Shown here piece after piece: positions 27,057-36,798 of a stretch of DNA of 64,000 bases. The translations under genes and the position numbers were made by a program. Positions within the stretch are counted from its first letter, which is position 1. Each line of letters opens with the position of its first letter. Origin of the DNA: a virus; the IMG/VR virus record IMGVR_UViG_3300042301_003932; one strand, given 5' to 3'. The notes beneath the pieces are model-generated. The model was not told the origin of the DNA, did not search any database, and worked only from the letters and a program-made list of their open reading frames with translations.

Positions 27057-28806
27057 AAGTATCGTTTGTTGGAAGATTTATTTCATTATAAATAAAAGAT
27101 GTATTTCTTTTGGTTGGAAAATGTATAAAATTTATTGTTTTGAACGGATAGTGAGCTCCGTTCATAAAGGGCATATCTAAACCAATACCCTCACTATCAA
27201 CAAATCCATAGTTATATATATCTCTCCAATAAAATTGTCCATTAGTGTTAGAATAATAAGAGTGAAAAGGTACGTTATCTATATCTTCAAGTGCCGCATT
27301 TTCAATATAATCACTAAAGGTTCTTATAGGTATTGAATAATGTGGTTTATAAAGATACCCAGGAGGGTATAACACTGTGTTTGTATAATTTGAAACAGCA
27401 ACGGCAATTGCCTGACCAAAATTAGCAGGTATTGGTTGTGATATATTAAAAACATCAGGATTGTATGAGTACTTATGGTATATTGGTGATAACACGTATT
27501 CTTTTTGTTCAATATCATTGTATTCGCAAAAATCCCCTTTAATAACATCATCAACGTTCAAAAAATTATTATAATAAAAAGTGAATCCGGCCATTTGATA
27601 CGAACTTACTGTTATGTTTTCTTTGTTATCTGTTGATGTATGATTCCACCAGGGGTCTGTTGTATTTTGTAAAAAGTTAAACTCCCACCCTATGTCAATT
27701 GATCTTTGTAAAGATTGTGGTGGTTTATTAAACCATCCCATGTAACCTCTATTCACTATTGTAACAAAAAGTTCGGTAATGGGTTTTCCGTTATTATCTA
27801 ATAAATTAAATGTGTCAATATCTTTATTAACTGTAAACCCATAACTTTGCGTGCCATCTTTAACTGAAATTCTTTGTTGGTTATTTGGTGTCAATGCGGA
27901 ATACTCCAATTTTCTTTTAATAGGAAATGCGTTATTTTCAAAGGCCATTTTTGTTAAAAATGTCTCATTATTTGATGTTAAAATTTTATGTAACCTAACA
28001 TAGTATCTAGAAGTCGTATCTCCAGTATTATTTAAATCTACTATTCTTTTAAAATTTCCATAAGTTCCGTCAATAATATCGTTATCAGGAAACTTTAAAT
28101 TATATATCGCAAAAACCCTAAGTTCAGACCTATATGTGTCATCGCCCAAACTATAAACTTGAAATGTGTCTTTACCGTCTATTGTTATATTTAATTTTAC
28201 GTACTGTCCTACAGTTAAATTATGGTTTGTTGCACAATAAAAATAAACTAAATTTTTTCCATTTTGAGTTTTGTTTTTTATAACAAATGGTATTCCATCC
28301 GCAACATTAAAATTAGCATTTGTTACATTAAAATCTTCATCAACAAATGACATTGTTTGTGCGGTTGTACTACTAAAAGCATATGACACGTATGTCATCC
28401 AATTATATGTTGTTGCACTTTTTGGAACAAAACTAACATGTCCAGGTATTGCGCTATCTCTTATGATTGAAAATTCATCGTATTGTGGATATCCTTTCCA
28501 TACTCCAGTATTAATAGAATTAACAGGATCTAAATAATAAAGATAGTTTTTAAATGGTGTATAATCTGTTTTTCCTGAAGTTACATTATCAAAAATATTT
28601 ACAATTTTACCATTCAATCTAAAAATACTTGAGTTTTGTCTTTCACTATCAAATATTTCTCTAAGGTTTATTAAAGTGGCTCGGTCGCCTTGTACCATTT
28701 CACGTCTTTCACCAATAAGGGGTAATTGTATTTGCACAGGTTGATTAGACGAACCAGCAAAACGCTTGTTACCTAAAACTATTCTTATTTCATCTTGCTT
28801 TCTCAT
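27049..28806 (-). CDS. putative structural protein
   Basis: 585 aa; NHNLTVGQYV resembles the 'HGL..G..V' beta-barrel repeat of phage structural proteins. Confidence 0.55.
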   Translation of the reverse strand: MRKQDEIRIVLGNKRFAGSSNQPVQIQLPLIGERREMVQGDRATLINLREIFDSERQNSSIFRLNGKIVNIFDNVTSGKTDYTPFKNYLYYLDPVNSINTGVWKGYPQYDEFSIIRDSAIPGHVSFVPKSATTYNWMTYVSYAFSSTTAQTMSFVDEDFNVTNANFNVADGIPFVIKNKTQNGKNLVYFYCATNHNLTVGQYVKLNITIDGKDTFQVYSLGDDTYRSELRVFAIYNLKFPDNDIIDGTYGNFKRIVDLNNTGDTTSRYYVRLHKILTSNNETFLTKMAFENNAFPIKRKLEYSALTPNNQQRISVKDGTQSYGFTVNKDIDTFNLLDNNGKPITELFVTIVNRGYMGWFNKPPQSLQRSIDIGWEFNFLQNTTDPWWNHTSTDNKENITVSSYQMAGFTFYYNNFLNVDDVIKGDFCEYNDIEQKEYVLSPIYHKYSYNPDVFNISQPIPANFGQAIAVAVSNYTNTVLYPPGYLYKPHYSIPIRTFSDYIENAALEDIDNVPFHSYYSNTNGQFYWRDIYNYGFVDSEGIGLDMPFMNGAHYPFKTINFIHFPTKRNTSFIYNEINLPTNDTCE

Positions 28807-28807
28807 T

Positions 28808-31800
28808 CTATTCAGTACCTATAATATACTTAGTTATAAATCTGTTTAATGCGGTTTTTCCTTTACCAAGACCAAAATAAAAATGATATGGTGCACCTAC
28901 AACAAAATTTGGTTTATTTTGATTACTTGGGTTTGACCATACATAATCTCTTTCTCCCAAATTGTTGTAATTAAAAATATACCCAGTACTAGGACCGTTA
29001 GTCGCTTTAAAATAATCGGCACCTGTAAACGACATGTTTTGATAAGGTACAGAATACATTTGATTAGTATTTAATGGAATGTCGGTTAACCAATCATTTT
29101 TTTCGGTTCCAAATATAGTACTTGGGGTTGTAGTTGCCTGACCTTGATCATTTCTTATTTCCCAATTATACATAGGGACTACTTGTGTTTTAGGGTACCC
29201 TACAAGTTGTTGGATGTTCCCAAAAGTGGCGAATCCTGGAGTTAAAGCGACTCTATTTTGTGTGATAGCTGAGAACAACACACCATAAAATATCTCATTA
29301 GGTGTTCCTAAAACTATATCATCATTTCCGTAGAATTGTTCATTAAATGGTATGATTCCATATTCTGAATTAATACTAAACATTTGAGCCACATCACCAT
29401 CAATTCTATCATCTGATCTTGAAAAAAGTTGGTTAATTGATGCGTCACCTCTACTAAGTGCCAACTCCCAAAAACCTGTATTAACTAATCTTGACACTAT
29501 AAATAATAAAAGTAGATCACTTGTATCATTAAACGATGTTGATTGTATTGTTTCTACTAGATAATTTTCTAATTGTGGGTTCAAGCAAATTTCTTTTGCA
29601 AATTGGTCTCTTGGTCCCAAATCCATAATAGTCGTAGGAAAATGTAAATTTCTTTGGTTGACTCCTTTTCCATAAATATTTTTAATGTGGTTTCCATTAT
29701 ATTTTGGTTCTTGACCAATAAAATAACCTATCACGTTTGTTCCGTTTTGTTGTAAAACGTATGGTGTGGATCTATAATAAAAAGTATTTGTTTGATCATC
29801 TAAATAAATTGGTCCTTGATTTTGTCTTCCTGGTACTAAGTCAAAATCTTTTGACCCACAAAAGACGTATTTTTTAGGATTATTTTGTGCATCAAATATA
29901 GTTTTCTTTTTAAACGCATAAGAATATAAAGTACCATTTACCCAATTATTTTGAAATACGTGACTTATCACACCTCTACATGCCCCAAATAATAATCTAA
30001 ATCTTGATTTCCACTCAAAGAAATTATTATAATCTCTTAAAATAGCACCATTATTTAAATATGGTTCTTGAATTAACTTATAACACCCTTTTGTTATTCT
30101 TGTTGGATTTTCATTTTCGGGACATGGTGATTTTACACCAAAATTATCTCCTGATCCGCTATAACAAGGTAATGGAACCATCCCTTCACAACTAAATGTT
30201 GAAAGTACTGATGTTGTTCCTGAAATAGCGTCTTCAGCATAATCATCAGAGTTTCCTGTATAATCAGTTTGTATCCCTCCCAATTGTACAACATCCCCAC
30301 TATCTAAAATTCTATATATTGTAAAATTATCGTTTTGATACAATGCGTAACCATTGTTACCATTTGTTTGTGTTGTGTCAGATGTTGGGAGTCTATCTGA
30401 CCTTATAATTATTCTAGCATTATCAACATTCGTATCAAATGTCATTGTTTTAGATAAGTTAGGTGTTTCTTTAAAATATGCCGGGGCAAAAAGTCTTGGT
30501 TTTCTGTGTCCATTTCCAAAACCATTACTTCCACCATTATTTGCACCACTTGCCGAATTTACATAATTTGTAACAGTTTGTTCATTTAAAAAATCCATAT
30601 CGGCAATATAATCTCCATTATTATTTACAAAATTAATATTAGTGTATAAAAACGACCCCCCTTCAACGTTTCCTTGAAATACCTGTTCGTCTTGATTTTG
30701 TGCGTTCCTAACTTGCATTTTGTATGTTTGTTGCGTCCCATAAAAAGACCAATCAGTTAGTCCGTTATCAATGTATAAACCACCAAAATTATTATTTGCA
30801 ACTACAAGGCAATTACTTAAATCATAATCATCAGTAGAATAAACTTTGTATGGTGTATATAATATTCTTTTTTTGTCTAATGCCGAATAGTATTTTATTG
30901 ATGTTGTAGTAAATGCCGAAAATAAATTTGGGTCGGGTCTAAAATTAAATGGTTTGTGATATAATGTAGACAATCCACTATCAAATGGAAAATCAACTTC
31001 GTGTGATTCAGGTGTTTTGGCATTTATCCACCAATCAGCACCAGGTCCTCCACTATTTGGTTGTATAGGTATGTTTAAATAAAATTTACCTTTTACTGTT
31101 TGTGAGTTATTAGCATATCCGAATAATTTAGACAAATCATATTTAATTACTTGTTTTTCACTAAAAGGGTCCACCCCTCTTACTAAAATTAAAACATTCA
31201 AATTTTCCCATGAATTTCCATTAATTGTTAGTGGATTTATTAATGACTTTACCGTTGGTTCTCCGCCACAACTTTGTCTATAATATATCCAAGTGGTTGC
31301 CCTTGTGAAAAAAGTTCCTATGAAATTAAAAGGATATTGTCCTGATGGTACAGATCCATTAACTAATTGTGCGGCTTTGAGTGCTGTCATTCCGGTAATT
31401 ACTTGAAAGTATTCTAATCCTCCTTTAAATTTATATTCTCTTTGTGTTGTTGATCCAGTTAAATATAAATTTGCAGTCCCTACTGAGGAATCTGATTTAA
31501 TGTATGTTAAAGTAACGGTTGTTGCAGTTTGTGATGTTCCTGTTATTCCTTTACCCCCAAATTGATTTTCTGTAACGCCACTTACGTTATACCCATCTTT
31601 ATTTTTATCGTCAACATTATCAGGGTTGGTAAATGTTAAAAGTGAACCTGAAGGTAAACTATCAATTGTACCAGTATCACACAATAAAACCATAACATTA
31701 TCGGTGAACGGTTGGGAAGTGTACCCATCATTTTCAATTGTTGTTGTTATTATATTTTGGATAGATGGTGTTTGTGTATCAAAATATCTTTGTCTTATAT

Positions 31801-34057
31801 TTGCCAAATTTATTCTTTGTGAGTACGTTATACCGGTTTGAAAGAATATTCTTCCTTGAGGAAAGAATAATCTGTTTATTGGTGTTCCTTGTACTGTTCC
31901 ATTTGGGTAACCAGCTAATGAGTATTTTATTCCGTATGAGTTTAATGTATATTTTTGTCTCTCCAACAACGCACCTCCATTAAATGCTTCTGTCCTCAAA
32001 TTACAAAATGCAGGACTGTCTGAACAATCATTATTATCGTCACCACCGGCAGAACAATTTTCTTCATTCGGTGTATTTGCCCAAAAATTATTAGAATTTA
32101 AATCAGATAAAAATGATGAATTTTTTCTAGTATATATTTGATTATTTCTTACTGAAATAACAGTTAAATTACCGTTTGTTCCATCTCCAACTATTTCTTC
32201 AACATTAAGTGATTGTGGATCACATGAACAAGCTTCACAGTCTGGATATGTCATGGAGGGCAATGTAATTCCTCTCAGATTTGATGTTGCGTTAATTAGT
32301 GGGCTCACTTTTAAAATATAAAAAGCGGTAGCTAACCCAAAAATTAATGCAGTACCCGCACTCAAAATCATTAAACCAATAGCCGGAAATGCAGCAATTG
32401 CAGCTAAAGTAAAGTTTACTGTTAAATAACCTAAAAATAATGGTACACCAATACTTAATGCCCATCTAGCAACTGGCCAAAATTTTGCAATTAAATGTAA
32501 TAATGGTATTAACACAACCGCTAACAAAGAAAATAATGTTATTACAATGTTTGCTAAGAAAAATATTAAATCAAAATTTCTAACACCGTCATTTACAGGC
32601 ATCCTATTTGTAGTTGTACTACATTCCCTATTTGTAATTTCTTTTATCCCTAAATGTCTTGACCTATTAAACCCCCACTTCCACCTATCAATAAAACTTG
32701 AAACAGTATAAACTCTATTATAATTAAATTCAAAAAACTTGTCTTCACAGTTAATTGCGTCAGCAATCATTTTTTGACCAATCGTTGTTCCAGTATCACC
32801 ATAATCAGTCCAATCTAAACTAAATGCATATGATTGTCTTTGTAATGTATCGTCCGCAGGTCCGTTTGCACTTATTGTTGAGTTCCAACCGTATTCTCTA
32901 ATATTAGGAACCAAATAATCGGCTCTTTGTGTTGATGCCGCAAACCCTTCATTTTGGTATTGGATTTTAAATCTGTATTTTGCCTTTGTTGGAATACCCA
33001 CTTTAGGGTCATTTGATATTACTTGTTCACCAAATTCATTTGTTGTAATATAATCCAAATTCATCGGCATCTCAATTAACCAAGTACCGTCACTATCAAT
33101 AATATTTCCACCTTCAGGTAATTTATACTGTTCTAATATTGGATATCCTCCCGCATCGGTATATATTGTTTGTCTGATTGCTAAAATGGTACCAGGAGCC
33201 GTAACCAAATCACATAGATTTCCTGTGTCAAATTTTGGTTTACAATTAGTTTGTAATGCATCTTCGTCTGTTGTTGAAAACATTGATCCCATGAATATTG
33301 CTTGAGGTTCAATTTGAATTCCCAAATCCCTCAAATCAAAATCCACTCTTGTAATTCCAATATTACATAACTCATCATCTCCCCAAAACGAAGTTACTTC
33401 AACTTCTTTCTTTTCATTTACAATTTGTGGTAAAGAATCTAAATCAGGTGATGATTTAAATGAAGACCCCTCAAACTGACCTTCACTCCCCATACCCATT
33501 CTAATTAAATCAGAAGGCCTTAAAGAGAAACAACCAATGTTTGATACATCCATATCCATTACAACGATTTGTTGTCCTAATGGAACCCCAACAATCATAA
33601 AATCACCACTATCATTTGTTCTTACGGTGTATTTATAATATTTTTCATAAACTTCTAAAACTGTACTGTCACTTACAACATCTTCTCTATCAGGAAATGT
33701 GCCTGTTGGGTTGTGTCCTCCATATTCTTGAACATATGGTAATAAATTATATCTATATCCTTCTTCATTTTTGTCTGTTAAAGTTTTATATGGATATAAT
33801 GTTGAGATGACAGGATCTTCAGAGTCTTCTATAGAAAGAGGAACAAATACTGATACAGTAACGTTTGGTACCCCATACCCACCATTTGCAATAACTCTTC
33901 CGGCAACTACACCATAATCGGCACAAAATCTCGTATAAACGTCAGATTGTTTTAATTTTAATGATAATATTTCAATAAAATCAAAATCTTGATCTACTTT
34001 AATTCTTATGTTTTTATCTATACCTGGTGTGGTTCTTAATCTATAATTTTTAGACAT
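28808..34057 (-). CDS. giant baseplate-associated protein with carboxypeptidase-regulatory-like domain and internal hydrophobic segments
   Basis: YGVVAGRV...GVPNVTVSVF...TNDSGDFMIVGVPLG; ~90-aa hydrophobic block; directly follows the gp6-like gene. Confidence 0.65.
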   Translation of the reverse strand: MSKNYRLRTTPGIDKNIRIKVDQDFDFIEILSLKLKQSDVYTRFCADYGVVAGRVIANGGYGVPNVTVSVFVPLSIEDSEDPVISTLYPYKTLTDKNEEGYRYNLLPYVQEYGGHNPTGTFPDREDVVSDSTVLEVYEKYYKYTVRTNDSGDFMIVGVPLGQQIVVMDMDVSNIGCFSLRPSDLIRMGMGSEGQFEGSSFKSSPDLDSLPQIVNEKKEVEVTSFWGDDELCNIGITRVDFDLRDLGIQIEPQAIFMGSMFSTTDEDALQTNCKPKFDTGNLCDLVTAPGTILAIRQTIYTDAGGYPILEQYKLPEGGNIIDSDGTWLIEMPMNLDYITTNEFGEQVISNDPKVGIPTKAKYRFKIQYQNEGFAASTQRADYLVPNIREYGWNSTISANGPADDTLQRQSYAFSLDWTDYGDTGTTIGQKMIADAINCEDKFFEFNYNRVYTVSSFIDRWKWGFNRSRHLGIKEITNRECSTTTNRMPVNDGVRNFDLIFFLANIVITLFSLLAVVLIPLLHLIAKFWPVARWALSIGVPLFLGYLTVNFTLAAIAAFPAIGLMILSAGTALIFGLATAFYILKVSPLINATSNLRGITLPSMTYPDCEACSCDPQSLNVEEIVGDGTNGNLTVISVRNNQIYTRKNSSFLSDLNSNNFWANTPNEENCSAGGDDNNDCSDSPAFCNLRTEAFNGGALLERQKYTLNSYGIKYSLAGYPNGTVQGTPINRLFFPQGRIFFQTGITYSQRINLANIRQRYFDTQTPSIQNIITTTIENDGYTSQPFTDNVMVLLCDTGTIDSLPSGSLLTFTNPDNVDDKNKDGYNVSGVTENQFGGKGITGTSQTATTVTLTYIKSDSSVGTANLYLTGSTTQREYKFKGGLEYFQVITGMTALKAAQLVNGSVPSGQYPFNFIGTFFTRATTWIYYRQSCGGEPTVKSLINPLTINGNSWENLNVLILVRGVDPFSEKQVIKYDLSKLFGYANNSQTVKGKFYLNIPIQPNSGGPGADWWINAKTPESHEVDFPFDSGLSTLYHKPFNFRPDPNLFSAFTTTSIKYYSALDKKRILYTPYKVYSTDDYDLSNCLVVANNNFGGLYIDNGLTDWSFYGTQQTYKMQVRNAQNQDEQVFQGNVEGGSFLYTNINFVNNNGDYIADMDFLNEQTVTNYVNSASGANNGGSNGFGNGHRKPRLFAPAYFKETPNLSKTMTFDTNVDNARIIIRSDRLPTSDTTQTNGNNGYALYQNDNFTIYRILDSGDVVQLGGIQTDYTGNSDDYAEDAISGTTSVLSTFSCEGMVPLPCYSGSGDNFGVKSPCPENENPTRITKGCYKLIQEPYLNNGAILRDYNNFFEWKSRFRLLFGACRGVISHVFQNNWVNGTLYSYAFKKKTIFDAQNNPKKYVFCGSKDFDLVPGRQNQGPIYLDDQTNTFYYRSTPYVLQQNGTNVIGYFIGQEPKYNGNHIKNIYGKGVNQRNLHFPTTIMDLGPRDQFAKEICLNPQLENYLVETIQSTSFNDTSDLLLLFIVSRLVNTGFWELALSRGDASINQLFSRSDDRIDGDVAQMFSINSEYGIIPFNEQFYGNDDIVLGTPNEIFYGVLFSAITQNRVALTPGFATFGNIQQLVGYPKTQVVPMYNWEIRNDQGQATTTPSTIFGTEKNDWLTDIPLNTNQMYSVPYQNMSFTGADYFKATNGPSTGYIFNYNNLGERDYVWSNPSNQNKPNFVVGAPYHFYFGLGKGKTALNRFITKYIIGTE

Positions 34058-34129
34058 AATGCTCTTTGTTGATAAATAGTTATGTTAGTTATTTTAAAAA
34101 TAACAAGAGTATTACCAAAATAAATAATC

Positions 34130-35968
34130 TTATATGAAGTCTACGGTTGATAAGTTTTTAACCCTGACTTTGATGTCTTTTTTAGGGAATCTAATTTGAT
34201 AAATTTGGTCGGGTTCAGCAAATATGGTATCATCAACTAATTCAATTTGTTTTGTTGTTGTATCAATATATCTTTGTGATGTTTCAGACGATGAGTATTG
34301 TCCCCCAACTTTATTATAAACCCTTATTTCCGCTAACGTGTTAACTCCTCCGATATCTTGAACTAACCTTCTTAAATCCGATACGTTTAGGTTTTGGCCA
34401 AGTTCTCTATTATTTGGATTCATATATGTGCTAACCTGATTTATTATTTGTGTTATTACTTCAGATTGTGATCCGGCGTTGTCCAATATTACTAAAAATT
34501 CTAATTCTAAATCAATAACTTTAGCAACCTCTATTGATATATAATCATTTATCATTCTATACTTTGATAGATAAGTTGCCAAATTGGTTTTCAGGTTATT
34601 GGAGACTGTCTGTGTTAAAACCCCAGTATTATCATAAGATAGTATTTTTATCAATATTTTATTATCTAATTCTGTGATGGATACTTTTGCAGGTGCTCCA
34701 AATTTTCCTGGCATTGTATCTATCAATGACTTATAATCATTAATGGTTACCGCTCTTTTTTGTGCAGCAAAATTAAAAGTCACCATGTTTCTTACTTCCT
34801 CTATTGAAGGTTGGTTTGAACCCCCAATTGCTGCAGTTATATTATTAACACTTAAAGATTGTGTAACACTCCTATTAATACTATCAGAAGGACCATTCAC
34901 ATAAAAATCAGCGGTTACTACTTGAGTAATAGCACCGACCCCAATATTAGATACTAAACCACCACCAACTCTATATTGAACAAAAATCGTTGTGTTTGGT
35001 TGAACGGTTAAACCTAACCCTATGTTGTTTTGATAATTTTGTAATTTGAGTGGAATACCTGTTTGTGTAAACTGTTGAAGTTGTTGATTTGGTGTTGTTG
35101 TTCCAGCCCCAAATTGTATTTTTAAAAACCCTTCCGGTGTGTATTCCGTAATAAATCTATTGTCGGTTTTAATATATTTACCAACTTTAACACCCGCAGA
35201 ATCAACAGGTTTTGTGTTGTCTTCAATAAATACAGTATCTTCAACCAATGCATCAACCTCATACCATCTACCATTAGAGGAGTTAAACTCGGAGTATGTT
35301 GGCGTGTTTTGATAAGAAGTTCCATCTTTTTGAATAATTGAAGTAACTCCTAACACGTTTTTTTCAGGTAGGAAAAAACTATAAAAAGGTACTACGTTAT
35401 TTGAATTTACGACTATTTTGAAAATTTTTGTAGATCCGTTAACAATTACTTCTCTTTTTGTTATAACATAATTAACTATGTTATTATTTTGATCAAATGT
35501 TGGTATTTTAGTTCTATTAACAAATCCTTCAATATTGTAATCTGAAGAAAAATCAATATCATAAAGATTTTCAAATATTGTTCCAGCCCCCGCAAATTGA
35601 GATCCTGCTCTTAATACCCCCAAATATGTGGTATTTTCTGAATCGCCCGCAGCTGGTACAGTTATAGATATGTCGGCTATTGTGACTGAAGGTCTGAAGC
35701 CAGGTATTTTGAGTCCATAAGTTCTAGCAATGTTAAAAACAGAAGATCTTTGTTGTGCATACTGTAATACAGTTTCTTGAATACTTCTATCTATATGGAA
35801 ATGTAAGTTGTCGGTCACCGCGGCATTTAAGTCCATCAAAACTGAAAAAACTGACGCGTCGTTAAAGTTCTGTATTAATTCAGGATAGTACTGTTGGGTG
35901 TAGTTTATTAACTCTCTTCTTATCCCTTCAAAATCTCTTTCGGTATATGATATTTTTCTGTTTGCCAT
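34130..35968 (-). CDS. baseplate wedge subunit (T4 gp6 / baseplate J-like)
   Basis: RDFEGIRRELI, AQQRSSVFNIARTYG, GGSNQPSIEEVR and QKRAVTINDY motifs. Confidence 0.9.
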   Translation of the reverse strand: MANRKISYTERDFEGIRRELINYTQQYYPELIQNFNDASVFSVLMDLNAAVTDNLHFHIDRSIQETVLQYAQQRSSVFNIARTYGLKIPGFRPSVTIADISITVPAAGDSENTTYLGVLRAGSQFAGAGTIFENLYDIDFSSDYNIEGFVNRTKIPTFDQNNNIVNYVITKREVIVNGSTKIFKIVVNSNNVVPFYSFFLPEKNVLGVTSIIQKDGTSYQNTPTYSEFNSSNGRWYEVDALVEDTVFIEDNTKPVDSAGVKVGKYIKTDNRFITEYTPEGFLKIQFGAGTTTPNQQLQQFTQTGIPLKLQNYQNNIGLGLTVQPNTTIFVQYRVGGGLVSNIGVGAITQVVTADFYVNGPSDSINRSVTQSLSVNNITAAIGGSNQPSIEEVRNMVTFNFAAQKRAVTINDYKSLIDTMPGKFGAPAKVSITELDNKILIKILSYDNTGVLTQTVSNNLKTNLATYLSKYRMINDYISIEVAKVIDLELEFLVILDNAGSQSEVITQIINQVSTYMNPNNRELGQNLNVSDLRRLVQDIGGVNTLAEIRVYNKVGGQYSSSETSQRYIDTTTKQIELVDDTIFAEPDQIYQIRFPKKDIKVRVKNLSTVDFI

Positions 35969-35974
35969 ATATAA

Positions 35975-36436
35975 TTAAATATTGATTATTACAAATTCTC
36001 TAGTTCCAAAGGCGTTTGAGTTGTCTATGTATTCTATTTTAACTTTCGCAGTGTATTCTTCTGTATTTGCACCTGGCACTCTATAAACAGGTATGTCAAA
36101 TTGTTCTGATGGTAATTCACCTAAAGAAGGTTCCGTATTTATATATGGTTCTATTGAAATGTTTTGTATTATTAGATTAGGTATGTATTTACTAACAGAA
36201 TCCTCAATCTCGGTTCTAATACTATCAAAAGTTAATCCATCTAATGGTTCAAAAATAAAATCATATAGTCTTGTTCCAAAATCCGGTAAAAAATAACGAC
36301 TTCCTTTTCTTGTTAATAACAAATGGATTAAGTTACTTCTTATTTCGTCGTTTGTTTCTTCAGATAATAATAAAAATTTACCATCAACACTTTGTCTAAA
36401 GGGAAATATAATACCATATGTAATACCATTAGCCAT
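35975..36436 (-). CDS. baseplate wedge subunit (T4 gp25-like)
   Basis: IRSNLIHLLLTRKGSRYFLPDFGTRLYDFIFEP. Confidence 0.92.
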   Translation of the reverse strand: MANGITYGIIFPFRQSVDGKFLLLSEETNDEIRSNLIHLLLTRKGSRYFLPDFGTRLYDFIFEPLDGLTFDSIRTEIEDSVSKYIPNLIIQNISIEPYINTEPSLGELPSEQFDIPVYRVPGANTEEYTAKVKIEYIDNSNAFGTREFVIINI

Positions 36437-36473
36437 ATCAAATAAATATAACCTGATATAATTTTATATAAAT

Positions 36474-36502
36474 AAAAAAAATCCCAACTTAATGTCGGGA
36501 TT
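36474..36502 (-). terminator. intrinsic terminator ending the replication block
   Basis: Minus strand AATCCCGAC-attaa-GTTGGGATT followed by T-tract. Confidence 0.75.
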
Positions 36503-36713
36503 CTTGTAAAACTTTATTTCCTCTTTCGTGTCTTGGTTCGTATGGACAATGTAAACATCCATTACCACAACATCTACCTCGTCTTTTGTGGTATTCTTCT
36601 GTCATGACCATTCTACCTTGACTATCATAATAAAATTCAGTTGGTTGGAGTTTTGGTCCAAACTCTCTAACGTATTGTTGTTGTATCCAATCTTTTGATG
36701 CTCCTACATTCAT
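36489..36713 (-). CDS. DUF5522-like Cys-rich small protein
   Basis: VMTEEYHKRRGRCCGNGCLHCPY. Confidence 0.8.
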   Translation of the reverse strand: MNVGASKDWIQQQYVREFGPKLQPTEFYYDSQGRMVMTEEYHKRRGRCCGNGCLHCPYEPRHERGNKVLQESRH

Positions 36714-36714
36714 T

Positions 36715-36795
36715 TTAATTATTCTTTCTAAGATTATAAAACGCCAACATAACTTGGTATGTTAGCGTCATATCATTTCCCCATTGTGCTTTCAT
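36715..36795 (-). CDS. putative 26-aa micro-protein (not in ORF track)
   Basis: MKAQWGNDMTLTYQVMLAFYNLRKNN*; fills the gap between nrdJ and the DUF5522-like gene almost exactly. Confidence 0.45.
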   Translation of the reverse strand: MKAQWGNDMTLTYQVMLAFYNLRKNN

Positions 36796-36798
36796 GAC

